Source: Catajapyx aquilonaris (taxonomy: Eukaryota). Taken from it: a stretch of DNA of 51,243 bases. The position numbers and the translations under genes are program-made. This document shows, in pieces, positions 38,724 through 50,183 of the stretch. The DNA lies in the NCBI GenBank assembly GCA_000934665.2, contig JYFJ02002772.1, forward strand, positions 1 through 51,243, read 5' to 3'. The notes beneath the pieces were generated by a model. That model made no database searches and was not told where the DNA came from. It saw only the letters and a list, made by a program, of their open reading frames with translations. The number at the start of each line of letters is the position of its first letter. Positions within the stretch are counted from its first letter, which is position 1.

Positions 38724-39991
38724 AAGGGTGGGAGGGGAGAATTTTTTGGGGGAAATTTTTAAAACACCTGCTTAATGGGAGGGGGCGGTCACTTTTTTCG
38801 AAGAAAAAAGTCACAAAAAAGTCAATTAAATGATTCAAGTGGCTTCGCTTGTGTTGTCCATCCCGGCAACCCCCACCCTACGCACCCCATAGTCGCTACA
38901 TTTGTCTTATACCAGGGAGTTCCATTCTCAAACCTATCACCCCTCCAAATATTTAACTCTACAATTTAAACTATAGATCCAATAAAATCACCAGCACATG
39001 CAAATTAATCAGCACCCTTTTTAGGGCATTTCCAATGGTTTGTTGCAGCCTGACCTTTGACCTGAAAGCCCCTAATATTAGGTTTTTGGTCTGGGGCCAG
39101 GCCCTACCTCGGTCTCCATCTGTCTGGTCTCTCGTAATGGGACTGTACAGTGAACACACCTACATAGACATACAGTATATCTCTCCATGTGAACAATGAA
39201 AGTATGCCCCTAGCCTATACTAGCGGGGCGGGCGTGGAAAGGGGGGAATATGTAAGGTGAAGGAGACAGGAAGATGACCAAGCCTACACGAAAATTTGCC
39301 TATGTAAAACCGCGTCGAACGATCTGCGCATCTCCCCACCCACAGCAGAAGCGGGTGGGGATTTATTATTTCATTAATCCATAGAGCAATGCCACGAAAC
39401 AGCGACGCCGAATGTCCGTCCTGATGACCCCAAGGAGGTGACCACTGACCACTCGCCTACGTCACATTCATACTGATACCAGCCAACTGGGACTGCTACA
39501 TTTGGCTAGGGGCATATTGTTCACATCGAGAGATATACTGTATGTCTATGTAGGTGTGTTCTCTGTGTACAGTCTCATTACGAAAGACCTGACAGATGGA
39601 GACCGTGGTAGGGCCTGGCCCCAGACCAAAAACCTAATATTAGGGGCTTTCAGGTCAAAGGTCAGGCTGCAACAAACCATTGGAAATGCCCTAAAAAGTG
39701 TGCTGATTAATTTGCATGTGCTGGTGATTTTATTGGATCTATAGTTTAAATTGTAGAGTTAAATATTTGGAGGGGTGATAGGTTTGAGAATGGAACTCCC
39801 TGGTATAAGACAAATGTAGCGACTATGGGGTGCGTAGGGTGGGGGCTGCCGGGATGGACAACGCAAGCGAAGCCACTTGAATCATTTAATTGACTTTTTT
39901 GTGACTTTTTTCTTCGAAAAAAGTGACCGCCCCCTCCCATTAAGCAGGTGTTTTAAAAATTTCCCCAAAAAAATTCTCCCCTCCCACCCTT
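38724..39991. repeat. Long inverted repeat: arms 38724-39215 and 39504-39991, 288-bp spacer
   Basis: The arms are near-identical reverse complements. The ORF track shows the same spurious peptides mirrored on opposite strands (MGGGGHFFRRKK..., ...GDRGRAWPQTKNL...). There are a few substitutions and a 6-bp indel near the inner end. Confidence 0.95.
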
Positions 39992-40134
39992 TCCTCCCCC
40001 TCTCCCTCTCCACCCCCCCCCCCTTCGCTGCTCCTCCGTCACCTCTGAAGAAGTGTTGGGGAAACTGCGAAGGAACAGTCGCCATCTTGGCCAGAGATGT
40101 CGGCTGCAAAAAAATTTTTTTTCTGACTCTCAAC

Positions 40135-40206
40135 CAAGGAGACAAGGGATTTGAACCCGCATCACCCGATTGAGAGTCTGATGCGTTACCACACAGCCAC
40201 GCTATG
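40135..40206 (-). mobile_element. tRNA-like head (Glu CTC-like loop), SINE-type or decayed tRNA
   Basis: The minus strand has A box TGGCTGTGTGG, loop CT-CTC-AA and B box GGTTCAAATCC at tRNA spacing. The stems are imperfect. Confidence 0.6.
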
Positions 40207-40333
40207 CTGCAACGAGGGTGTGAGTGTTGGAAGGGTCTAGCCTATTTACCAGATGCACTTCAAAGAGAGATAAATGTGAAATGCCAGATAAAGTAACAGC
40301 GAGAAAGGTCCAAAGCGATAAAAAGAAACGACG

Positions 40334-40406
40334 TCTTCCTTTCAGGATTCGATCCTTCAACCTTCTGGTTACGAAGAGATCGTCTTAACCACTAGACCAC
40401 TGCGCT
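40334..40406 (-). mobile_element. tRNA-like head (Thr CGT-like loop), SINE-type or decayed tRNA
   Basis: The minus strand has A box TGGTCTAGTGGTTAAGAC, loop TT-CGT-AA and degenerate B box GGATCGAATCC at tRNA spacing. Confidence 0.55.
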
Positions 40407-41181
40407 ACCTCGATACTCACGCTCTCTCTCACATGTACTTATCGTAAAGAAAGGGCGCCATCACTTCAAGATGGGCTAATGACTTGCAAGAATATTTTGA
40501 CATGTTTTTCTCTGTATAACACTCCATGACAGTAAAGAGTGCAAAACCAATGAAAAGAAAGAATCACTGACGATTTTTTGGGGGGCACATTAAATAGCGT
40601 TCACCTTCAACAAATTATTGCCCTCTTAAGGAATAGTCTCTCTCCTGGTTTCGGACACACACCTCATACGTTTTATGAAGGCAATAACAAAGTATTGAAA
40701 TATTAGACCTGAGAGCATTGTTCTAACAACAACAATAACAAGAACAAAAAACACGCAGCTTTGTTGTGAGACTACGAGTATATGTGCAGGAAGCGCTCAC
40801 CTACAATCCTGTAGTGTTGACGAGTACAAAATGAAGGACTATAAATTGCCAAAAAAATTATCTAAAATATGAACGTGGAGTTTATGTGAACCCTGCATCT
40901 GAGGAAGAGAACAGATAGATGTGAAACTATTGGCCATCACTCACTTTATAGAGACAGAGACATTACATACGACGTATGAAATCGTAGATTCGGTTATGAT
41001 GAAGTAAAAAAGGCGTATTTATTAGTATAATATTGTGTATTGTACACAGTCTATACAGAGCATCTATGGCCTTCTTTTTGGAGATTTGGACATGGTGTCA
41101 CCCTGGATGCAATTATGTTCAATATGTGTTATGAACATGTTCATAGGTCCCCTCGTAATGAAGCAATAACTCCTGCGAAGT

Positions 41182-41253
41182 GGGGGTGTATTTCAGTGGT
41201 AGAGCGTTCTCTTTGCATGTGAAAGGTCCCGGGTTCGATCCCCGGCACCATTT
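41182..41253 (+). pseudogene. tRNA-Ala(TGC) pseudogene or degenerate tRNA gene
   Basis: GGGGGTGTATTTCAGTGGTAGAGCGTTCTCTTTGCATGTGAAAGGTCCCGGGTTCGATCCCCGGCACCATTTTT has the typical metazoan tRNA-Ala body, anticodon TGC, an intact T-arm/B box and a T-run. However, the D-stem reads TTTC instead of GCTC, the anticodon stem has a T-T mismatch, and the 3' acceptor strand is CACCATT (G3:U70 lost). Confidence 0.85.
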
Positions 41254-44200
41254 TTAGCCCCTTGGGATTGGAAGCATGACACGAGAGGTAAAAAGCTCCT
41301 GAAGTTACGAGCATATTTGTTTATTGCCTGGGAGTACCTGGGAGTACCAAAGGAGTACCGAAGAGTTGCAGAAGATCTGTTGCTATGCCAGTTACGCTGA
41401 AACAAAATTCTTAACATTTCTCTAATGTAATGCAATTAATACAGCAAGCACGTTGTAAGATCTTGTCCACGATAAGCTTAACTTTCATGGCTTATGCCAT
41501 CATAACTTAAGTCCCAAAATTGCTCATTGGTGTTTTTCTCGTCGAGCTTGATCACCAAAAAACCACATGCTTTAGTGGGACGTATACATTTTGAGAACAA
41601 GTCCAGAAGCTATCTAAAAGCAATAGTGAGTCGGGTTAATCGAGAGGCCAGGAATGCAGCCCTGCTTTTACGACTCTGTCAAGGGTCGAGTGCACAAAAA
41701 AAGTGGGACATCTTCCTGTGCAGAAGATAAGTCAGAAGAGAGCTCACGACACTTCTGTATGTGGCTAAGGCTCGACTCCGATTCACATCTGGCTGTGTAA
41801 ATTACGAAGTTACTACCTGTTGACTGCGAGTGTCCCTTCCTACACACCCGTAATAAGGCAAATATATGGTTATGTGTACAGTATTGGATGTCGAACTAGG
41901 GTTTTTTCGTGACGTTAAAAAGGGGCATGCCCTTGGTGCAACCCCGTTTTATGGGGAACAGGAGTGGAGAGTTGGATACATGCCTTTGCACTACTAGCTG
42001 AAGCTGAAGGTTTCATTGATGGGACATGTGGCATTTTCACATATGGTGTGGAAAGGGAGTGCTAACTGATAACAATTGACAAATTAAGTCGTATTTATTC
42101 CGTAACATAAATTCAAATATCAAATCGAAGTTTAAATAACTTTCTAGTTAAATTATTTAAATATTGCACTGTGCATCTAGCGGTCATCATAAAAATCACA
42201 TTCATGTTTAATAAGAATGTAATTTCAAACCTTCTCATGTACAGCTTCAAGAATAGATTTAGGACCTTTCACCTCTAAGGGATCGGCATTGTTACCAGGA
42301 GTGTCATGGAGTTACAGGTGCACATGATGGACGTGATTTGTCACGGCCACGACGTGCACTGTCCAATAATTGATATTTACCAAATATGTGTAATGCAAGT
42401 CGTGGGTCATTACACAAAGGGGTGCCAGCAAAACAGTTATCTTTCGGTGTTTTTTTTATAAGCACAAAACTTCTGCTGGGGGTAATAATACGATCCCGGC
42501 GGAGCCCGGAAGGTCCTTCATCAGAACTGAAAAATTATGATGGAAGATTTTCATTTGTCAAGGTTGAAATAAAATTAAGGGTAATTTCCTCCAGCACACC
42601 TTAGTGCAAGTGAATATTACTGGTTGCACACAAGTACGAGGTTAGGCTCATTATAATATTTCATCCAGTTTCCTGTGACAGCCACCGAGCCATCCTGGTT
42701 GTTTTTGATCCCCTTCGGCACAATGTGACTCATTAGTCTTAATTACGACAGCACGCCTTAGACAGGAAGTGCAGGGTCATGGCGATCCAAATTGAAAGTT
42801 ATTCACTTAAAAAATAATTTCCATATCAACAAAAAAATATACATATTGCGGGCAGGCGACTTTCATCCCTCCATATTGTCCAAGGACCCTCTCTTTTTCT
42901 TTATATCCGGAAAGTGAAATGAGATGAGCGAATTATTACTAGTAATCCCACGGCAACCATGAGCAGTGACCCGCGGGCGAAAAGGACACGAGGAGAAATC
43001 TGTTGGAAAGTCCTGTGTGGCCTATTGTCTCCTGTCTGCATCGCTTGTGGGCCGAGACCGGGGTTGGCCAGAAGAGTACGTGGTCTCTCTCGGGATGGCC
43101 AATTTTCGATCCCTAAAATTTTTGGTGCACACACACGCGCAAAAAAAAAGGACTGAAAGGCTTACCGCTGGACAAAAACAACTGATTCATGCAGAGTTTT
43201 GCGGTCTTGTTTTAATGCCCGTGATTCTGTGGTACATATCACGGTGAAGCTACTTGGTCAGGTTGAATAAAAAATATTTTAAAAGGCAGTCGAAAAGAAT
43301 TTTTAATGGACAAGAATGCGGATTCCATTAATTTCAGGTTACACTACCTAAAAATATTTTTAATTCAATTACAGGTCTATAAAGATTAATACATATTTAT
43401 TACTTGGATTCGTTTTAAGCTATAGATTGTCTACCTTGATAAGCATTGTAAATTAAACCGATCGACGTAAACGGCACGTACAAAGTAAGACCATCTCTCT
43501 GAATTCCTCTCCTGGAACAATAGCCGTGGGAAGACACCCAAGAATTCCCTCCCTCCACGCTCACTCGTCGTCAAATTAAGACCCCCGATTCAATCAACGT
43601 GAAGAAGCCATCCTGCCAACTGGTTTATCCCAAAAACCCTCGTATAAATCCCTCTCTTAACCTCAGTTTTAGTGTCTCTTCACGTCTCACCCCCAGCATT
43701 AACAAGCCCTTCCATTTCACCCTGATCGCTCCAAATTGCTAACCCACCCGATATATCTATCTATCCAACACCTATAAGATAACCAAGCCGCGTAGCATGT
43801 GACACAGCCCCCCCAAAAAATCCCCTCAAGAGGTCACGTCAGCTGATGTACGGTCCAATTTGTCCTCAAGGTGCAGGCTATCAGGTGAGAGCAACCGCCT
43901 AGGAAATGAAAAGAAGTTATCCCTGACGGGGTCATTCATAAGATTACGCCTGTTAAATTTTTTTTTTATTTGTATGAAAGATGGTTGCTCCACCCGCTTT
44001 TGTGAGTCGCCGAAAAGGAACCACAATTCCGCGTACCAGCAGGGATGCTGCTGAGATGCTTATCCGGGCGGACGTTTATGAAAATTTCCCGCCAAAACAA
44101 GTTGACACCCCCGGCACGCCCCGACCCCCGGCTGTAAATTCGTCTCCCATCAAGATCCTCATTTTCCAAATGCGACAAAATCCGGTATTGCCGTTTTTTT

Positions 44201-44470
44201 TGCACCATACTCGAAGCAAAAGTCACGAATTACTGGCCACGCGACTTGCACAATACGCTTTCTGCTTAACCCTTTACAAGGTGTCCATTGTTTCGCTGAG
44301 TTGTGCATGTAACGGGTGGGTGTTGGACCCTGAGGATTTATGGTGGGAGGTGGCTTTTTAGTGACAATTTTGCGCCTTCGGAAGTAACGGGCGTGTGTAA
44401 GGTAATTATTTTCTCAGGTGGATCTGGATGTGGAAGTGTCGCAACCGCTTAGAATCACATATGATTGATG

Positions 44471-44516
44471 TGTAAAAAAGTGACAAGTGTGCACTATACA
44501 CTTGTCACTTTTTACA
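44471..44516. repeat. Short inverted repeat, probable collapsed MITE
   Basis: TGTAAAAAAGTGACAAGTGT-gcactat-ACACTTGTCACTTTTTACA, with one indel in the A-run. Confidence 0.8.
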
Positions 44517-44539
44517 GTCCTATAGGAGCATATTGGGCT

Positions 44540-45080
44540 AGTGTCTCATTCAGTCATTGCAGTTCCTTGTATCCTTGAGACCCTTCCAATCATCCTATGA
44601 TTGACCGTCGTCCTCCAGCATATTTTCCACCCACACTTCTTCCATCTGGGATGGCCTGAATTATGTATGCATGGAGGCCTCGTGATAATTCGCGCAACAA
44701 TAGCCAGCTTGGTCGGGTATCCTCCTGGATCACTGGCCGCGCCCGCCATTCATCGCATCCATCCCAGCTGCTTTGGTTTGGATGCTGATCAGTTCCGCCT
44801 CTAGTTGTTCAGGCTGGCTGCTGCCTGCCCTCCATAAGCAGCTCATAAATGTCTGATTATGCAGCAGCCTGCTCAGGAGGACCAATCCCTTCCTTTGCTC
44901 GCCCCCTTACATGCATACCCGCCTAGATTAACTATTTGTTCTCTTGGAGGCTACCGGGTTACTGATACTCTGGGTGGATGGACCTCTCAGCCTTATGCAA
45001 CCAGTCAAGGTTGCTCCGGTTCACATTGTATCCTGGTCTATAGAGGAGGGGACTATTGAACTCCTGACCTTCGTCACCAC
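44540..45080 (-). mobile_element. Possible decayed LINE reverse-transcriptase fragment
   Basis: Fragments LGG...GAS, IIR.L..YG and ELISIQTKA echo the post-RT block of I/Jockey elements (WGA...IRS.LDYG...L..IQ.KA). Heavily interrupted. Confidence 0.25.
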
Positions 45081-46007
45081 AGGATGATGATTGTTATTAG
45101 TCTTTGTTTAATATTGGTTAGTGGCCATAGTGGGATGATAAAGCACGTACTCATTGAACCCCAACATGTAGATGTGGAATGCACTGTAAGTCATATTCTC
45201 ATATTAGTGCCTATCAAAGTCACTGCAGTAAAATAGATGGAAACATTCTTTACCTGATTGGCTTCATTGTAAATCGAAAGTTGAATCTGCATCTTAAAGA
45301 TCAGGAGGAATTTTGTGATGTCAGTCTGTCCTTGCTTGTTTAATTGCAAAAAAAAGGTATACATTTTTTTCTGAGTTTGTAACCTTTTCTTACAGTCCTT
45401 GACTCTAACCGGAACTTTTAATGACACGTGTGATCCAGAGTGAAGAAGCTTGAGAATCCAATTTGTGCAATCCTTTCTGAGGGATTAAAAAAAAGTGGAT
45501 GCCGCTACCAATAGGGCTGACGACCTTAAGATATCAGTAGTCGAGTCCCCTTTTTTGGGGTTGTGAAAATAAGCAATTAGTTGTTCTAGACTGGGGGGTT
45601 GACCTTCCCATATGCAGGTCGACTTCCATCCAGTCAGCCGTGACCCCACCCTGACCTCGTCTCACCTCAAAGATCACCTTCCTCAGCTTGGTTCTCCCTC
45701 CAAAAAACCAGCTGGTTCTGTCGCGATAGTCTTCATTTTGGCCCCACCTCTCTTTTGGCGGGCGGGTGGTCACGCCCAAAGGCTGCCGCAGGGCTGGGAG
45801 GAAGTGTCAGAAGTGGGGCAATGTCTGGTGAAAGTGGTCAGCAGGAGGCCGTTGCAACCAGGGATTCATGTCCTTTCTGCCACTGACTCATTCGCATCTC
45901 ATCTCTTTTGCTCTGCCGTTCAATTAGTCCATGATTAACTCATGCAATTTGACTCTTCCCTATTGTCTCAGCCAGACTCACCCAACTTTGCATTGGTGAC
46001 AAATTAG

Positions 46008-46110
46008 GTAACAACATTAATAACAACAACAATAATAATAATAATAATAACAATAATAATAATAATAACAACAACAATAATAATAATAATAATAATAAAC
46101 AATAATAATA
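46008..46110. repeat. (AAT/AAC)n compound microsatellite
   Basis: Directly visible. It produces the spurious poly-Leu ORF 45940..46158. Confidence 0.95.
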
Positions 46111-46354
46111 TGCATTCCAATCAAATTCATAAGAGAGCTCAGCAGGGTATTGTTTCACATATGGTACCCGGTATACTAATAAAAAGTTTTGTCAAAATAA
46201 TTCTTACATTTTACTGTTTTTAATATCTTTACACAAACTTACATGGAGAGAGTACACATGAGAGCCCAGAACTTTCTGCATGTGAGAAGACATGTTGAGA
46301 AGTCTTATCAAACTTTCATAGAGATGTGCTTTTTTCCCCGATGACATTACAAAT

Positions 46355-46430
46355 GAATCACTTTTTATAAGAAGGGAACAAGTCCAATAACCTTAAATTG
46401 GACTTGTTCCCTTCTTATAAAAAGTGATTC
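46355..46430. mobile_element. TIR-only mini element (76 bp), 4-bp AAAT TSD, Sola-like
   Basis: Perfect 34-bp inverted arms GAATCACTTTTTATAAGAAGGGAACAAGTCCAAT around an 8-nt loop, with AAAT on both sides. Confidence 0.75.
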
Positions 46431-46434
46431 AAAT

Positions 46435-46680
46435 GAAGAGCACAGGGGAAAAACGGGGAATGTCCAATTCCGTTGGGGTTCCTGCCAAGTGCACAGTACA
46501 ATAGTAGCATAGGTGACACTTATACCTGGAGGCTTTCCATGGGTACAAGGGTGACAGTTGCATATAATGACGTGAAGATATCCCTATTATTCTTTAGACA
46601 CGTGAAGAAATAAAGCTATTTCTTCGATTTTTCATGGACATTTTTTGTGTGACATTCCCCGTTTTTCCCCTGTGCTCTTC
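46435..46680. mobile_element. MITE (246 bp) with 30-bp perfect TIRs and 4-bp AAAT TSD, Sola-like
   Basis: GAAGAGCACAGGGGAAAAACGGGGAATGTC (46435-46464) and its exact reverse complement (46651-46680). AAAT occurs at 46431-46434 and 46681-46684. Confidence 0.8.
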
Positions 46681-49447
46681 AAATAGTAACTGGGATTTGT
46701 GGTCCTTTCCAAGCTATGTAAATGAGGATAGACAGAAAAACAAACACTGATTTAATTTAGGATCTGTAGGTACTTTTTCAGTTTAACCAGTGCTGTTCAA
46801 CTAGTGTTCCACAGGTCTGTCCAAAGAGTTCTACAAAGGCATTTGGAGTAATGGCTGGAAAAAATAATCAGGAAATATTGTAATATGGCAAAGTTTGTCT
46901 CACACAAAAGGGTCCCATGTCAAGGAAACATTCAACTGACGACCGAAAACTAAGGAGTAATATTATCAGGATGACTTCTTTCTGGTTTGGTCAGGTTATT
47001 CACAGAAGCTGAGGTAACTATGGCTGTGAGGCTGGTTCCATCATTTCCTGGAATTTCATAAAACTTCCTCATTTTTCCCCAACTAGTTGTCTGAATCTTT
47101 CCACTTGGTGTAGTAGGGTTATGTCACATGATGGCTGGAAAAATGTAGGCGTTTTCTTATAGCCATAATTATACTATATCTTTTATGTCAAACACCTTGG
47201 CCTCAGCTTCTTTCCCTGTATGAATTTTTTAAGCGAACTGCCACCAGAACCTAACTACAGGTAAAGTAGGTTTTTCGCACATTTTGAAAACTGTGAAATA
47301 CTGTACCACAAATAAACTTATCATTAGGTGAACATCTGCTTTTGATAGTACATTATTCAATCTTTCACCTGTAACGATCTTATGAGCAAAATGTGAGTCA
47401 AGAATGTTCTTTTTTGCAGCATGTGGCTAGCGGGGATGCAAAGATCATTTTGAACATCCCCATGGCCAGTCACAGACCCAGATACACCATAAAAAATTAA
47501 AAATAAAGCAGGGTCTGCATGATTGGTTGCGTCCAGCAAAATGTGTATGCACAATGGGAATACTTCATGCCTTGTGTGGCACATACTTTTTTCCACAGTT
47601 CCTTGAAGTCGGTTTTATCCCAATTCAACTGAAGTACGCACAAAGATATACAGTTGATATACTGCACATTTCATTATGTTACCATGCCTTGCAAGAAAAT
47701 AAATATAGTACCCAGGACACTTTTTATGCTGTACTTATATTTTGCCTGATTTTTACAGACAGACTTATAAATTGAGATTGATGTCATTAAAATAGTGGAG
47801 CTTACAGTGTGAAAATCAATATTTCACTAGATTAAATACTCATACATACACACGTTTAAAATTAACCAATACATAAATAAGAATTTAAAAAAATTAAAAA
47901 TAGGTTTCCTTTTTGATGGCTTGGATCATGAGTCAAAGCATATTGCCTGGTACAGTACAATATTACATTGGAGGGTTTGGCAAATGTCTAGCTACAAAAG
48001 TCACATTGAAATAGTGCACTCAAGTTCTTAAGTGTCGTACTAATTTGTAAATAGTTGTAAATAACAGGACAACAGCAACAAATTTTCTCCCATAAAGGGA
48101 CATCTTTCATGATTTTAGAAATGAGATTCATCAGACCTCATCACACATAACACAGGCTGAAAGCACGTGCATGCACACTGCTATGCCTTCTTAAACACTC
48201 TTCTTCTAGCACATCATGTGTCGTGTTTGTTGCATTATCACTTCATGTCTCTCTTGAAATGGCACTTGCTTCTAGTGAGCAACACATAACTTATTGCACA
48301 TGTTTGGGATTAAACCTGGGACCATGCTATCTGTGGGTGCATACAATACGGCAAGACCACTCCTCCTCCTCCTCCCAATGTTCTAACAGTAGAGCATGTG
48401 AATATTATGCTGGCCCATCACTGCATATTTGACTGGAGCACTGATGTCACTGTAATTTCAGAGTTGTTGTTGGAGCAGCTCATGAAGGCTGTGCCTTCAT
48501 CTGACTGACTGCAATAGTATATGAACACAGGCGTGGCATTCTTCTTTGGCAAGTACCTTTGTGCGAGCATAATTATGTCAAATGAGAATGGCTTCCTGTG
48601 ACTGAGCTTCATTGAGCTAGCTAATTACTAATACTGTACAAATACTTTGAGGTACTGCATATTATGCAAGAATTGGTCTTTTCAGCATCATATGCCTTCA
48701 CACCTTACTCCTGAGCAAAAATGTGTATGATATGTCATAATGGATATGTAGGTAGCTTTTGAACTTTCTTCATAATCATATTCAAATGATCCTGTACATC
48801 TTGAAAAAGTGATACTGGCACTTCCATCACCTCTTTTACACCTAAGAGACATGCTACAAAGCCTTTCTCCATGAAATTCACTTGTAACCCCCATACTCCT
48901 GACAAAGCAACCAGTGTCTCTAGTTAGATGAGCATCCTCGATGTCCCTTCTGCACCTCATCCTTGGCTTGCATTTGGCATGGCACTGAAAAAGTATGTGA
49001 TGATTTATATCATAAAACTATATAAGTTTGCAACAACATTTTACATGATTTGTTTGGCCAGGAACATTATGTTGAAAAAAATCTATTGCGCATTGACTGT
49101 CAGGGCTGGGGCTTCAAAGCTAGCAGTACCAAACATGGCATGATCAGACCATAATTGATCAAGTGGTGCACTGATTAATGAAAAGTACTAAAAATAATAT
49201 ACTGTATCCTACTTAATTCCATCTCAGACCCAGTCTTCAACCTTTATGCCCTATCTTAATTTTTAAAACCTCCAATATAGTGGATCAATGGTGAAAAATA
49301 ATTGCCAGCTGTGCATAATATGTACTGCCACTGGATGATCCTGATATGTAAAGAGTGTATACTGAACATGTAACTGAAGTAATCCATTACATTTTACCAT
49401 CCCACTATTAGAGGTGTTCACTTGGGCCATGTACCACCCTGTATGTA

Positions 49448-49514
49448 CAGTGTTGGACATAAATCAAGGCATACTGCCTCGCTAGCAGTATGCCTCGATT
49501 TAAGTCCAACACTG
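49448..49514. mobile_element. Tc1-type TIR-only mini-MITE (67 bp)
   Basis: TA|CAGTGTTGGACATAAATCAAGGCATACTGC, a 7-nt loop, then GCAGTATGCCTCGATTTAAGTCCAACACTG|TA. The 30-bp arms have 2 mismatches. Confidence 0.8.
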
Positions 49515-50183
49515 TACAAATCTCTACTGTTCCTATTACCTCAGCTGTCTTCTCCACTGATGAACATTCCACTAATTCAGCCAAAATGACTACTGCCTGC
49601 TGTCAAGAGTCTCATCTTGTTGGCATGATGGGGCACTCTGCTGGATAAGAAAGATTAGTGTAAAACACTGACAGTGAGTGCTGGAATATGTTGAGTAAAT
49701 TCTTCTTCTTGTCTACAGCCTTTGCTGCAGTTCTGTTCAATTAACCAGTGCTAACATAGAGCAAGTGCAATATCTGTACAAACATACAAGAAAAGATGGC
49801 TGTATGTCATTCCTTTCCAAGGAGATGGAGGGGTTACAGTCTGACAGGCACAGAATCACAGGGAGAAAAAGCACAAAAACAGGGCATATTCTATTTTCCT
49901 TGAAGAAACAATAGGTGGCGAATGGTGGATTTTTAAAAATGAAACATGAAACTCAGCTGTGTCCTACTTATTCTGGCATTGTGAAAACTTGCATCTGAAA
50001 TTTGCCATTTTGCCATATTTTCTGATTGCAAATGGCCACTGGAGATGCTAGGAAATGTTCTTTTAATTTTTGTGGCAATCATAGATGATGGCTGATTTTT
50101 AAAGTTACCAACTGTTTGCTAAAACTGGAATTAACACTATTAATACATGCAAAACCATGCTTCCCCATTGTATTACCCTATTT

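Noticed and set aside
38775..39940. Duplicated small ORFs (64 aa twice, 62/80 aa) on opposite strands
   Set aside because: They are a consequence of the inverted repeat and show no coding signature.
45534..45779. RPPKERWG as an RTE-clade C-terminal GRPxxRW motif
   Set aside because: A single weak word without supporting upstream motifs.
45940..46158. Poly-leucine 'membrane' ORF
   Set aside because: It is simply the translation of the (AAT/AAC)n microsatellite.
14074..46288. Su(H)/CSL sites (YGTGRGAA) scattered around a Notch-linked gene family member
   Set aside because: There are about ten dispersed sites in 51 kb, not paired or clustered, which is close to chance expectation.
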